A stretch of DNA of 64,000 nt from Piedraia hortae CBS 480.64 (lineage: Eukaryota): positions 1-64,000 of the forward strand of contig MU006009.1 of NCBI GenBank assembly GCA_010093745.1. Direction: 5' to 3'. Each line of letters begins with the position of its first letter. The stretch's first letter is position 1. The translations under genes and the position numbers were made by a program. Of this stretch, positions 34,582 through 46,763 are shown piece by piece. A model generated the notes under the pieces. That model had not been told where the DNA came from. It did not search any database and was given only the letters and a program-made list of their open reading frames with translations.

Positions 34582-36981
34582 TCACCGCCGTTCGTACCAA
34601 CCGACGGGATGATGCACATCGCTTTGTGTGCGTCGTCGTGATCCATCTCGTGTTGTTCGTGCATGGGGCGATGGAGACTCCCCTTGGTAGCGGGTGCTTG
34701 TTGCCAGTGCAGGGCCGTAATAGTCATAGAACGCCTGACCAGCCTGTTGCTGGATCAGAGGAGCTTTTGCCGGCCGATGTCCTTGCGGTAGCGCAAATAA
34801 TGGGCTCGGCTGTGGCCACTCGGCTGGTACTGGCTGCACGTCTGAGTGGCTATTTCGTTGATGCCCGCGCGGAGACCCTTGCTCGAACGGAGCAGCTGAG
34901 TGGGTATGGGGCAGTCCCAGTGGAGGTGGCATTACTCTGGGGCCGGGTAACTGCCATGCGCGCTGATGAAATTGATCATAGCTGGGAAGGCTCGCCGTAC
35001 TGTTCCGAGAGTTACTCTTTTCCTCTCTTCGCTGTTGCCTCCAGCGTCCGTCTCCGAATCCATTGCCCGCTTGAGGCTTGCTATAAGGTTGCGAGTAGCG
35101 TCGGTGCCGGGGGGATTGGAAACCCGGTTCCAGACATCGACTAGCTGGTGTAGTTGTCGATGAGCTCTCCTGAGACTCCCGAAATGAATTGCCCCGTACA
35201 GAGCCATGATGCGGGTTGTTCCTTTGCTCAGATGTCATTGCACCGTGTGATGTTCGTCTTCGCCACCCAAAGTCGCTGTACTGGCTCTTATCCTCCCGGC
35301 GAAGGTCTGGCGATGTTGAAGGTAGGGTCGGCCGACGTTGTATTACACCCGTAGGCGGGCCCTGGACCACAAGGTGCTCCTGAAATATTGCGCGGGTTCG
35401 GGGAGACATTTCGATACTACAGTCATCAACAACTTCTTCTTGCGATTGAAGACGGACTGTTGGGGTTGACTGGTGTGGTTGCATCTGCTGCGAGTGGAAA
35501 AAGGGATGCGGTTGAGATGCTGCAGCATTGCGTCGTGGAGGTAACGGACCCAACTGCAGAGCCAGGTCCCCAAGAACCTGTAGTGCCACGGCGGCTTCTC
35601 CTTCCACCGCAAGGTTTTTGGTTGTCACAATGCCTTTGGGCTTTTCCACTACGGCAGTTGCAGCGGCCAGGGTCTTGGTGCGATCGACTGCTTTACTTCT
35701 GGCTATTCCCGCATCTCGTATCGACTTGTCGAATATTGTGTAGGCAATGGGGTCCGGTGGCGAGACGTAGTTATAAACTCGCAGCATTTGGCGCATTTTG
35801 AAGCGGCTGCCAACTTGCTCTGATGCGATTTCGGCCTCCATGGCTGGGAGGCTTCGTGAGTGGTATCTCTTGTCCAGATGACTGCCCTTCTTACCACCGT
35901 AGCCCATTCTCCTAGGCCGTGGAAAAACACCATCCTCGAGGTCGGTTGCATCGCCCTCGGAGTCGGACTCTCGACGAACCTCATCGTCTAGTACGACGAT
36001 ATCACGTTCTATTTTGTCCAGGAAGGCGTCTTGTAAATCTCTGATAGTTGATGAAAACGTGCGCTTGGTGACAGACGATTCTGCTTCCAGCGTCTCATGA
36101 AGTAATCGTTCTGTCAGTTCCCTTTGTGTGTGGATCTCTGCACGTCGTCTTTCTAGTGCAGCGTCTAAGCCTGCTATCACGCCAGGATGCTCTGTTGCCT
36201 CTTCATGGCTTGTGGGGTTTGTCTCCAATTCGATCAAGGTTCTGTCAGCCACTTCGGCTGCGACGGGTTTGAGTGCACGCATTAGTCCCCGGTAAGCCGT
36301 ACGAAGCTCTAGCTGTCGCCTCAAGGCGATTTCAACTTCGGGTATATGATGCTGTCCCTTTCTTCTTCGTCCACCCCTCTGCTTGGGCAACTGAAAATCA
36401 TCCCACTTCGATTGGTCAGTGTCAGCATGGGCTGTTTTTCCGCCATTAGATCTGCTTGAAGCGGGAGAGACCGCCCTAGACATGAAAGGTGTTACATCAA
36501 CAGACTGTGTAGCTGTGAGTAGGGCTCCATCATCCAGATCGTCTCCCGATTCAGACGAGTCAGACATTCGTTCTGTTTCTGCTTGAGTGTTCTCAAACGA
36601 AGCATGATCCTCGGGGGTTTGCACGTAGCTTCCGTTAAACGAAACCACTGGCAATGCCTTCTTTTGCGCTGGGGTTGGCGTTGCAAAGGGTGTCCCGCTC
36701 ATGAAACTGTCACCAGTTTTCTCGAGCATGTCTGAATCCATCGAACGTTGCAAGCCAGGTTCAAAAGAGCGTTGGCCAAAAGAGCCCTGAACGTTTTTGA
36801 ATGAAGGACTAACGTTGGAATCGGCTTCAGGCAGCGAAACCTGTTCAATCATAGGCATCTTTTCAAGTTTCCGCGCACTTGGCTTCAGAGACATCGATCT
36901 GGGTTCTGCAACATCGCAGTGTGCATGGTCAACAACCTCTTCTGTGCTTGTTGGCATTGCTCTCGCTGCAGGTTTCGGCAT
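34582..36981 (-). CDS. Hypothetical protein with central coiled-coil region and disordered ends
   Basis: ~800-codon open frame; first ATG at 36981. Confidence 0.75.
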   Translation of the reverse strand: MPKPAARAMPTSTEEVVDHAHCDVAEPRSMSLKPSARKLEKMPMIEQVSLPEADSNVSPSFKNVQGSFGQRSFEPGLQRSMDSDMLEKTGDSFMSGTPFATPTPAQKKALPVVSFNGSYVQTPEDHASFENTQAETERMSDSSESGDDLDDGALLTATQSVDVTPFMSRAVSPASSRSNGGKTAHADTDQSKWDDFQLPKQRGGRRRKGQHHIPEVEIALRRQLELRTAYRGLMRALKPVAAEVADRTLIELETNPTSHEEATEHPGVIAGLDAALERRRAEIHTQRELTERLLHETLEAESSVTKRTFSSTIRDLQDAFLDKIERDIVVLDDEVRRESDSEGDATDLEDGVFPRPRRMGYGGKKGSHLDKRYHSRSLPAMEAEIASEQVGSRFKMRQMLRVYNYVSPPDPIAYTIFDKSIRDAGIARSKAVDRTKTLAAATAVVEKPKGIVTTKNLAVEGEAAVALQVLGDLALQLGPLPPRRNAAASQPHPFFHSQQMQPHQSTPTVRLQSQEEVVDDCSIEMSPRTRAIFQEHLVVQGPPTGVIQRRPTLPSTSPDLRREDKSQYSDFGWRRRTSHGAMTSEQRNNPHHGSVRGNSFRESQESSSTTTPASRCLEPGFQSPRHRRYSQPYSKPQAGNGFGDGRWRQQRREEKSNSRNSTASLPSYDQFHQRAWQLPGPRVMPPPLGLPHTHSAAPFEQGSPRGHQRNSHSDVQPVPAEWPQPSPLFALPQGHRPAKAPLIQQQAGQAFYDYYGPALATSTRYQGESPSPHARTTRDGSRRRTQSDVHHPVGWYERR

Positions 36982-37602
36982 TAGCAATGTCACGACCACA
37001 ATTGAATAATCGACAAAGAGTATTAAAACCCCAAGGTCGAAAAAGTTCTCTTGACAAGTTGGCCAAACAGCCAACGAAGAACGGACAGCGTTGAAAAACG
37101 CAACGTCAAAACAACGTTGATGCAATACAGATATACTGGCGAGTATGTGTAGGTAATGAAACAACGCACCTTTGGAAGAGATTTCGTTATTGTTGGTGGG
37201 TACCCGATTCAGGTGCGAGGCAAATGTATTGCCAAGTCAAAGTTTAGTCGGATAAGCGGAGGAAGCGAACAGAATGCAGCATGAAAAACTGATAGACGGA
37301 GCTATGCCAGACCGAAATTGTTCGATATTCAATGACTTGACGCGGACAATGTAGTCTCTGGCCACAGTCAGCGTTCCTGTTTACCAATTGTGCAGGCGCG
37401 AGATTCGATTGGAGGGCCGGGCCGGTCCAGGGAAGCCGGGACTAACCGCCTGGACCGCACGCCTTGAACTCCCTGGAAAACGTTGAACGAGGCAATGCTG
37501 AATAATGCGATGGGCGTTAGAATCATGTATAATCATCATTTTTGGTATTGCACACATTAGTAGACATCATTTTGCTTACAGCTCATCTACCCTAATGCTC
37601 GC

Positions 37603-38783
37603 CTACTCGTCAGGTTCTTCAGGCTGGTCAAAGAGAAAGTTGGCGGCGAGTTCCTCGTTCTTGTCGCAGGCAAAATAGGCCTGGATGGCTTGGTCGCGTG
37701 CAAAGCCAAGGCGGCACAGCTAACAACGTCAGTATAATGTTTACGCGTCCAGGAGGAGCATCTTACTCTCTCGATCGCTTCTCTCTCCTCCTCGGTGACC
37801 GAGATCTGATGGGCACCGGGTGGCAGATCGACGTCATCACCTCCTTCGGTAAGCAGCGACATGAACTGTTCGGGGTTCTCGCGGATCGTCTGTGCTAGCT
37901 GCGGATTCGCCGCTCCCACCTGCTGCAAAATGGCCTCCAGCATGGCAGGATTTTGTTGAACGGCGCGACGCAGCTGTTGGAATTGCTGGTTGTTGCGGAG
38001 AAACTCAAAGGGTCTGCCTCCGCTCTGTCCTCCTTGATGTGCTCCACCCAGGGTCGCGGCATGAGAGCCAGTGTCCGAAGCACCACGGTTCTGGCCCGCC
38101 TGGGCCGCCATGTCGAAGAGATTGACGTGTTCGTCTCCGCTCGCAGCGGCTGACTCGGTCTGCTGCTGCCCCGTCTGCTGCGGCTGTGTTGTTTGTGGCG
38201 TACGGACTTGTGTCGACGTCGCTGCTTCGACATTGGAAGGGATGCCGTTTATAAGGTACTCAACTGCACGATCGGGATTGTTGAATGCGGCACGCATGGC
38301 TCTATCGATCTGATCGCGAGGGAAGCCCATGTCCTCCATGTTGGCTATGGCCGCCGCCCGCTGTTCACCGAGGGCCAGGGCCGAAGGATCGTTGAAAGAC
38401 GAAGTGGCGGGCGTGGCGACCGACATGGTACCAGCGGGAGACAGTGTAGCAGGTTGTTGGGTAGCGGACGAGGCCGTCGACTGTGCCGGGGCTAACGGAG
38501 CGGCGGGGGTGGACGCCGTCTTGGCGGGAGTGGCCGGCTCGGCCTTGGGTGGCGGCTTCGGCTTCGACGTCATGCACACAATGAAGCCCTTGCCCTCCTC
38601 GATCTTGTAAGACTCCACCGTTTGGTCATCCTGGAGGATTTTGCCCGAGTAGATCAGCTTCAACAGCGCCGGATCCAAGCCCTTCTCATTCTTGATCTTC
38701 TGCTTGACCGAGGCAATTGTGTCTGTCGGCTCGGCAGCGATGTTGAACTTTTGCTGCTTCAGGTCCTTGAAGGTGAGTTGCAT
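37603..38783 (-). CDS. RAD23: UV excision repair / proteasome shuttle Rad23 (intron 37766-37720)
   Basis: UBL ([22 protein letters not shown]), UBA ([15 protein letters not shown]), XPC-binding region, second UBA ([19 protein letters not shown]). Confidence 0.96.
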
Positions 38784-38886
38784 TATGGTAGTTAGTGTTT
38801 GTGGACAAAAGGTCGATGACGCTACAAAAAGCTTGGTCAGCCGATTCTTGGCGGTGACGCGTGCCCCGCGCGACGTGATATTTTCA

Positions 38887-39891
38887 ATGCGTCGCGTACG
38901 ACACTGTGCACGCGCCTTAGATCCCCTCGTGGCGCGTCTGCTCCCCGTTTGCCAGGACTTGACGTCTGCACGCAACGAGTTGCGTTGGATCAAGGAGCGT
39001 GCTGAACCTAACCGGCTTCGCCACCTCGTCAACCGGCGTGCCTGCGGCGAGCCGCTGCAGTACGTTTTGGGAACCACGTACTTTGGCCCCCTGGAACTCC
39101 AATGCCGTCCTGGGGTCTTGATTCCAAGGCAAGATACGGCCACCTGGGTCTCGTACCTGGCACACTCTGTGCCTTCCCCTCCCGGAGACCGCCTTCATTT
39201 GCTAGATCTCTGCACCGGGTCTGGCTGCATTCCACTCCTATTTCACCATGAATTCTATTCTATCCCGAGAAACAGTCAATCGGCTCTCTGTCTTACAGCA
39301 TTGGATGTATCCCATGATGCCTTGGAACTGACGAGAAAAAACTGCCAGATTCAATTCTCGTCGTTAGCCTCTGCTCCAAACCGTCAATTTCTGCAACATA
39401 TGCATATTGCACAAGCAAATGTCCTTGACCAGAGTTCTGTATTGAAGGCTCTCGAAAAAATTGACAGACATGCAAAAGTAGACATTCTGACCTGCAACCC
39501 CCCTTATATTGCCCCCAAGGATTTTGAGTCACTTGATCGCTCAGTAAAGAATTTTGAGCCCAAATCTGCTCTTGTGCCCTGTCACGAACCGCTACACACA
39601 GCCAGACCCCTTCTTGATTCAAAAGTAGACGTAGATGGGGACACGTTCTATCCGATCCTGTTTAAACTGGCAAGCAGATTGCGTGTCAAGACAGTATGCC
39701 TCGAAGTTGGAGATACTGAGCAAGCCATGCGTGTAGCTTCCTTTGCAGCGAAGGACTGGGACAGTGTAAAAGTGATACGAGATGACCCGGACCATGCACA
39801 GACTACTTTGCTGCAGCTTGAAGGAGGGAAAGTGCTCTTCGTTGGAAGGGGACATGGAAGGGCAGTTGTGGCATCCACTCAGAAGCAGTGA
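38887..39891 (+). CDS. MTQ1: HemK/PrmC-family release-factor glutamine methyltransferase, mitochondrial type
   Basis: GEPLQYVLG, VLIPR, LDLCTGSGCI, NPPY. Confidence 0.85.
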   Translation: MRRVRHCARALDPLVARLLPVCQDLTSARNELRWIKERAEPNRLRHLVNRRACGEPLQYVLGTTYFGPLELQCRPGVLIPRQDTATWVSYLAHSVPSPPGDRLHLLDLCTGSGCIPLLFHHEFYSIPRNSQSALCLTALDVSHDALELTRKNCQIQFSSLASAPNRQFLQHMHIAQANVLDQSSVLKALEKIDRHAKVDILTCNPPYIAPKDFESLDRSVKNFEPKSALVPCHEPLHTARPLLDSKVDVDGDTFYPILFKLASRLRVKTVCLEVGDTEQAMRVASFAAKDWDSVKVIRDDPDHAQTTLLQLEGGKVLFVGRGHGRAVVASTQKQ

Positions 39892-40036
39892 TTGAGCCTG
39901 GTGCCAATTCCTCGGCCATAAAACAGCTAATGGGGGTATCATCTATGATAACATGCCGCCGAGCATGCACAACTACAAACGCTAACCTTACAACTGCTTC
40001 ATACGCATACTCTGCTCCTTGAACCGCCCACGTATC

Positions 40037-41678
40037 CTATACATGAACGCGAGTAAAGTCAGACATGCCATCATCAGCCTCGTTATCGTCATCATCATCA
40101 TCGTCATCATCGTTGTTGGCCAAGTCATCGTACCTATCCTTCAAGGCCAATTTGTCTTTGTGCGTTAGCCTCGGCGTATATTCCCAGCACATGAATTGCC
40201 AGTTGAGCTCTTTGCGCCAACACATGCCGTAGCCGAGGCCGACAGGGCCAGAGTCATTCCTAGCCAATTCGGCCGTCAGGCCCCCAGTCTTTGGCATGCG
40301 GTGCTTGAATACAACACGACCAACACGGCTGTGAACCAGGGCCATGGAGCACATCATACATGGCTCATGTGTAAGAAACACTTCCAGTTTCAGACAGAGA
40401 TAGCCGTCCGGCTTCAGATTGTCCTTGTCGAAATATTTCTTCTCGAGTGCTGTAACGGGAAGGTCGAGGAAGAAGGCGTCGCGTGCTTTCTCGTCATGCA
40501 CCAGGCCAGCGGCAGTAAAGTTGCTCTCGGCCTTGGCTGCAGCACACTGGAGCGACTGAGATGCGCAACGCAGACGTTTGCGTCCAACCATGCCAAGTGC
40601 TCGCATCACCGCATGCGCCATGATATTGCCAGAGCATCCCGTTGATTCGTCAATCTTCTTTACTGCCTTGTTCTTCTTCTGTCGCTCTTTCTTCTTCTTA
40701 TTCTTGGATTTGGGCTTGTCTTCAGCCTCGTCGGCGTCTTCAACACCAATTGGACTCGTTAGTGGCTTGTAGCGCCCATCGCCTGCAATTGACACAATCT
40801 CAGTCTTGTCATCGGTGCGTTCGAGGATGACGCAGCCAGCTCCGGTACCATACTTCAGCTTCTTCGTAGCTTCGCCAACGTCTTCTGCTAGCGCCAGAGC
40901 TTCATCAATGCCCACGTTGTTTCCAGTGCATTTATGCAGCTCGTCTTCAGCTTTGAGAATAGCAGCGGGGTGAGCACCGAATGGATTGGTCTTCCGGTAG
41001 AATGTGGGCCAGTACTGGACAGACCACAGCTCGGCCTGTTCTGCACTGGTTGGAGCCATGGCGGGCACTTCAATCTCCAGCACGTCCAGAGGGAAGGCCC
41101 ATGAGTCTGCTGAGGAGCAGAACGGAGGGTGCTGTGACATTAGAGTCAGGAGATCGGCCTTGGATATCAAAGCGCTTGGGCAGATAAGAAGGTAAAGAGG
41201 GTGCGAGCGGTTGTTGCCCGAACGCGGTGCAGGAGGCGTCGACCAGTCCCAAGTGGCTTCCGGCGACTGCATAAGAGCCGGTGGTGCGTCCTCCCACTCG
41301 CGCGGGACAAAATACAGTTCTTTGATTGTTTTAGCCTCAGTTGAAGCGACAACGTGCTCTGGCAAGTACTTTGGTTTGACAAAGCGACGTAAATGCTGTA
41401 GGTCAAATCCGTCAATTCCCTCAATATTCGCTTTGATAACCCTTTTTTGTTAGCATGACTCAGCTACCGCGGCGGCGTGCTTACCTGAGAATTCCTTCCG
41501 CATGCTTACTAGGCAATTGGACGATCCACATTTTTATCAACTCCAAACCCAGACGACATTCCTCCTTGGTCTTGAGATGGAGGAGGTAGCGGCGCCGAGG
41601 AGGCTTTGGCGTCGTTGCGGACTTTTTGAGAACAGGCGTCGGTCCAAAGCGCAGAGCGTGGAACGCAGAGCGACCCAT
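40037..41678 (-). CDS. TAD3: tRNA adenosine-34 deaminase subunit Tad3 (intron 41484-41442; start could be 41783)
   Basis: LQHLRRF, WSVQYWP, HAVMRA, EPCMMCSMALVHSR, LNWQF. Confidence 0.9.
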
Positions 41679-41957
41679 CGAAGAGACGGTTTGCCAGAGT
41701 CGCTCCAACGGTGGGTGGATGTGTAAAGTGAACAAGGCGAAAAGAGAGCTGAGAACGCTTGAAAAACACATGATTAGTGTCGCCATTTCCGTGCGCGTGC
41801 TTTCCGCTTTCACCGCTTCGTCTCAAGTCGTTGGCTGTGGCTGCCTTTTTGGGGGAAATTCTCAGGTTCCGCTGCCTTGCATTAGCGTCGTTTGCCTCGC
41901 GCTAGCCCCAATTCATGTATGACAGGCGGACCTCATCTTTGACCGCTTCTCGCGCAG

Positions 41958-43232
41958 ATGGACCAACTACAGAGCCAATGGCCGTGCAGAAGACCTCAGA
42001 TACACCAACTCTCAGCGCTACTTGGCGCGGACATCCCAACTTTGGTCGTACATGGCCCTAAAGCCACAGGCAAAAGTGGCGTTACCCGGTCCTTGCTCGA
42101 AACAATCCCTTACAAATGGACCACAGTCAACTGTCGTGAATCCATTACTGGCCGTCATCTTCTAGAACATATAGTGGCTGCTGTCCATGCGAGCCTAGAT
42201 TGTGAGATGCCCGCAAGGTGCGAGAGCATCTCTGCCCTCGCCGTACATTTGGAGACGATGCTTGAGAACGAATCTAGATTCATCTTGATGCTCGATGGTA
42301 TTGATAGGCAAAGAGAGGCGCTAGCGACGCTCACTCCAGCCGTGGCACTGTTGAGTCATACTATTCCAAGCCTCACCGTTGTCCTCATAGCTCGGCACCC
42401 ATCACCACGTCTCTGCAATCTTCCAGGTATCCCTCACGTCTATTTTCCGCCCTACACACGACAACAATCGATGCAGATTATGTCTCAACATCCACCGGAT
42501 ATCTTCCTCACTCGAGAATCTGATGATGATGATGACGACGCCACACAAGAAGAAGATAAGGCATGGCTGTGGGCGAGATTCTGTGCAGCTGTGTGGGACT
42601 CGCTGGGTCAGCATGCTGCGCGTGACCTTGAATCTCTCAGAGAACTATGTGATAGATTATGGCGCCCTTTTGTTGAACCAATCACCAAAGGCGAATTCGG
42701 TCCACGGGATTTTAGTCGTCTACTTGTGGCCCAACGACGGCTTTTTCAAGATGAGTCTGCTCTACAGGACGTCATTGTCTCCGGTATGGAGAGCGACAGT
42801 CTGGAGCTGCCACACTACACCAAATGGCTACTCATTGCAGCTTATCTGGCCTCTTACAACCCCGCCAAGATGGATCAAGTATACTACATGAGAACTACTG
42901 AGAGGAAGCAGCGGAAAGCAGGAGCAAGAGGTGGACGTAGGGGAAGAGGTGGGGCAAGGGGAAGCATTCGACCGCTACTGTCGACTACTTCCTTCACCTT
43001 GGACAGGCTATTGTCTGTTCTGCACGCAATCTTACCACATGACGATCTACGCACCACGGTTGACGTCTACACCCAAATTGCCACGCTGACAAGATTAAGG
43101 CTGCTTGTAAAGGGGGGTGTAGGCGGTGAGGGTTTGGATGGAAAGTGGAAAGTCGGATCAGCCGTCTCGTGGGAATATGTCCTTGGATTGGCTCGGAATT
43201 TGGATTTCGGCATAGTCGATTACGTACAGTAA
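41958..43232 (+). CDS. ORC5: Origin recognition complex subunit 5
   Basis: WPCRRPQI, Walker A GPKATGKS, LLIAAYLASYNP, FTLDRLL, QIATLTRLRLL. Confidence 0.92.
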   Translation: MDQLQSQWPCRRPQIHQLSALLGADIPTLVVHGPKATGKSGVTRSLLETIPYKWTTVNCRESITGRHLLEHIVAAVHASLDCEMPARCESISALAVHLETMLENESRFILMLDGIDRQREALATLTPAVALLSHTIPSLTVVLIARHPSPRLCNLPGIPHVYFPPYTRQQSMQIMSQHPPDIFLTRESDDDDDDATQEEDKAWLWARFCAAVWDSLGQHAARDLESLRELCDRLWRPFVEPITKGEFGPRDFSRLLVAQRRLFQDESALQDVIVSGMESDSLELPHYTKWLLIAAYLASYNPAKMDQVYYMRTTERKQRKAGARGGRRGRGGARGSIRPLLSTTSFTLDRLLSVLHAILPHDDLRTTVDVYTQIATLTRLRLLVKGGVGGEGLDGKWKVGSAVSWEYVLGLARNLDFGIVDYVQ

Positions 43233-43504
43233 CAGATGCTGGTAGTTCTCCGGAGGTGTTGATGCAGACTTTGAGACACCGAAGCGTTGACAGCACGGCC
43301 CGAGCGGACCGCGGCGGGGCTCTGGTAACTCTACTCTTTCGCAATTTATGCACAGAAACCAAAAGAACCCTAGCTTCACGTTGAAACAAAGAGCAAAAAG
43401 TATGAAGCACTGGCCCAACTGGGCCTTACAATACAGGGCTATAAAAGAATCCTACAACCATAACCATGACCGACCGGCGACCATTTGCCTAGAGCGACCA
43501 GGTT

Positions 43505-44519
43505 TTAATACTGGCCAAGACCCTCATCGGCGGTAACGGTGGGATGGCCAAGAGGTCGTCCAACGTTCTTGTCATACTCGCCGGCAAAGTTACCTAATTC
43601 GGGGGGTTAGTTCCGCCTCGCGAGCTAAACGTGAAAACGACTTACCAGGAGACTTGTAGTTGCAGACAGTGAAGAACGCGGGAACACCACCACCGGCGTT
43701 GGCAAGGCCCTGGCTGGAGCAGTCTTGCGTCGCACAACCGACCTGACCAGAGGCCTTCCAGACAACCTGGGTGAAGTGGCCCCAGGACTCAAAGTTGCTG
43801 CTGGGGTTGGCCTGGCCATAGTTGCCGTCAAAGGCGCTGACCTCGCTATTATAGAAGAGGTTGGTGATGACGGCGTCAACGTGTTCGGGCTTGATGCCGG
43901 CAGCGATGTTCTGGCCATACCCACCACCATCCATCTCGGTATTGTGGGCATAGTTGCAGGTTGCGGCAATCTTGGCGGCAGTTGAGGCAAGGCCATCGTC
44001 CCACTGGATGTCGGGAGCCGAGTGGTTGGCACGGTGGACGTTATGGGCCGAGAGGCACTTGCCCTTGTAGCTACCATCGTTCGAAGGGGCGCTGGATGAA
44101 GCAGGAGCGCTGGAAGCCGAGCTGGGAGCAGCGCTGGAAGCACTGGAGGCAGGCGGTGTGTAGCTTGACCGCTGCGGCTGCGGCTGCGAGCTCGCAGCCG
44201 AGGGCTGGTAGCTGGAGGGCATGGGAGCCGAAGCCACCGGGCTCATGGACGGAGGCTGGCTTCCGCTGTTGTCACCACCGCTGCTGCTGCCATATCCATC
44301 GTCGCCGTTGCCAAAATCGTAACCGCCGAAGTCGCTGCCGAAGTCGCCGAAGTCGCCTCCGTTACCGCTGCTGACAACCTGGGTCGAATATGGGGCTTTG
44401 TGAACAGTCATGGTGACAATATCAGTGACATAGGCCACATCCACGTCTTCGCGCTTGTTAATACGGGGCGCAGCGAATGCGCTGGCGGCCAATGCCGCAG
44501 CAATGAATGCAGATCGCAT
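43505..44519 (-). CDS. Secreted CAP/SCP/PR-1 protein (intron 43645-43594)
   Basis: Signal peptide plus KR site, Ser/Pro linker, HNVHRANH, YGQNIA, GHFTQVVWK, VCNYKSPGN. Confidence 0.93.
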
Positions 44520-45481
44520 GGTAAGAGAGAGTGACAGCTGTTTGAACTGAATGAATGTGAGCAGCTGGCTGCGGTGAAAAGAACGTGGGGCAAGAGAATG
44601 TGTGGTGGGAGGAGGTGGGCGAAGAATAGACTGAGGTCCGCGCGCAATAAATATCAGCCCTGGCTGGGGGGAGTGCACCAAAACGGCTTAGCGCCGGGCG
44701 TTTCAGATACGCCGACTCGGAGTCCTTAATGTCGCTCTTCACTTGGCTTTCGGGAAACACACTTTCCAAATGCGCGGCACAAATGGGGTTGAAGTTCTTT
44801 TTGATACGTGACCGGTGGTCCGCTACTGAACACTTGCGTTTTCACTCCTTGCGCGCCGCGCCCAGACAACCGGAATGCGCAAATCACGTGCCAAGGTGCA
44901 TGGTTGGCAGGGCGGACGGAACGCGCGTTCTGGCCCTTTGCCATCCTTGCCATGAAGTGCGCAGGGATTGAGGAACAGGGCGCGCAAATCGAGGGGCCGT
45001 GTGCAATATACCGGCTCCTTTCCGGATTTGTTGCATGCGCGAACGGGGATATTTTAATGAATTTTGATTGACTCAACAGAAGCTTGTTCGCCGGCTTATA
45101 GGAGCGACGTTGGGACGTCAGACCACGTGCGTGTCCATCATCCCAGTTCCCCGGACGTCTGGAACGTGCAGACTTTGGTACATGCGGTTGAGATGAAGGC
45201 CTGCGAAACCACTTCCAACTTTGGATCGCACATCATCAGTTCGTCGGATATTAATTGCTTTTGCTTGTCAACAAAGGGTTCTCGATCTCTGCCATGGTTG
45301 CTTCTGCCGCCAATGGCTCCGCCGACCCACCCCGCTCCTGCCACCCGAATCATGGCAGAGGCTGCCATAGTCGGGCGTCTGCCACTGCTGTCATCCAGTG
45401 CCAAGGCACGCACGTTCATGCACGTTACCAATTCTCGACGCAGAAAAGATTGTCCGATCAGCAGCAACGGTTCCTGTACCT

Positions 45482-46318
45482 CTACTCACTACGCTTGACA
45501 AAAGGTTCGTTTCGCATAAACGCACCCGCGTGCTCCCGCCGCCTCACTTTTTCTAGGTAATTTTCCACGTCCAACAGAACATCATCGTCCGCCTTGCCCT
45601 CAAACTTGTCCAAAAGTATGAGATTATATGGCTCACTTGCCGCCTTCTCTTCGGAATCGTCTATCAATACTGTGTTTCCCACGCTCCATCCCTTCCCAAT
45701 GACGTCGTCTTGCCACACCCACTGCAATTGCTTGTAGATCTGGACCCTTTGCTTGTACTGTTCGGGCGTAAGCCTCAGATGGTCACGCCCCCAGACAGCC
45801 ACCAGTTGTGCCCTCTGTTCGGGCGTAAACAGCCGATTACACATGCAATCCACATTGGTAGGCCGCGCCGACGACCACACCATCACTTGATGTTGCGCCG
45901 TCAGATAGTCTATAAATTGTCTCACATGTTTCCGCTCTACAAAGTCGTTGTTACCGCCGCGAACATTGCGATGTAGCAGTGTCCCGTTGAGGTCTAATAT
46001 CACCAGTAACTTTCGCGGACTTGTTATCGCTGGCGAGAGTTCTTCGCACTCGCGCAGATATTCCGCAGTGGGTGAAGGCCTACTTAGAAGGAATAGCAGT
46101 TTGTCCTGCGGTAGATGGGTCGCATAGCCCTGCCAAACTCTTCCGCCACGTCTACTCCGTTGGCTTATCGATGGCGGTCCCAGACTCAGTGAGCTCTCCG
46201 TCGCTTGCGCTAACTGCGACGCGTCGTCGTTGGCCACATTCTCTGCCACCGGGGCGCGTATGTTCTGCCGGAGAACAGGTGGTCTAGAGCTGCGAAATGG
46301 CTGTCGAGTGCCGCGCAT
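45482..46318 (-). CDS. FCP1/NIF-like HAD phosphatase domain protein
   Basis: LVILDLNGTLL, VMVWSSA, YKQLQWVW, NTVLIDDSEEK. Confidence 0.85.
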   Translation of the reverse strand: MRGTRQPFRSSRPPVLRQNIRAPVAENVANDDASQLAQATESSLSLGPPSISQRSRRGGRVWQGYATHLPQDKLLFLLSRPSPTAEYLRECEELSPAITSPRKLLVILDLNGTLLHRNVRGGNNDFVERKHVRQFIDYLTAQHQVMVWSSARPTNVDCMCNRLFTPEQRAQLVAVWGRDHLRLTPEQYKQRVQIYKQLQWVWQDDVIGKGWSVGNTVLIDDSEEKAASEPYNLILLDKFEGKADDDVLLDVENYLEKVRRREHAGAFMRNEPFVKRSE

Positions 46319-46763
46319 CGTTCTGCCTCAGAATTGATGTTTGATACAACTACTTCGCGGTGAAACGGCAGGGCGCGTGGATGCAGTTTGTCATCGCACG
46401 TGCTTGTCTTTCTCCCACAATGTGATATTGTCACATCGCACTTCAACGCCCGCACGACCCTTGTCCCACCACATGAGTCGTGCCACCGCGCGCTTCTTGG
46501 AAACAGGATTTCTCTATGCCAACTTTTCCCATCATCACACGGGCTGTTAATAGTGCAATCAGCGAGATACTTTCGTTTTGCAGGTTCACGCTTCGTAACC
46601 CTTGCTTGCTCCATTAATAGATACCCTACGCACACCGGCAAAAGACACTACTCCGCCGGTGGATATTCACGCTGCTCCCGTCACTGAACTTGGCTTGAAC
46701 CACCTTCATCGGGGCGCCAACTCCGATTGGTCTCTCAGACCGCGACTGCAAACATGTCAATTA

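Noticed and set aside
37587..39891. Apparent long head-to-head overlap of the RAD23 and MTQ1 ORFs
   Set aside because: Artefact of non-ATG starts in the ORF track; the real starts (38783 and 38887) do not overlap.
40605..40625. Deaminase motif HAV instead of HAE
   Set aside because: Normal for the non-catalytic Tad3 subunit.
45975..46000. DLNGT instead of DxDxT in the phosphatase
   Set aside because: A variant I recall in this FCP1-like subfamily; not evidence of novelty.
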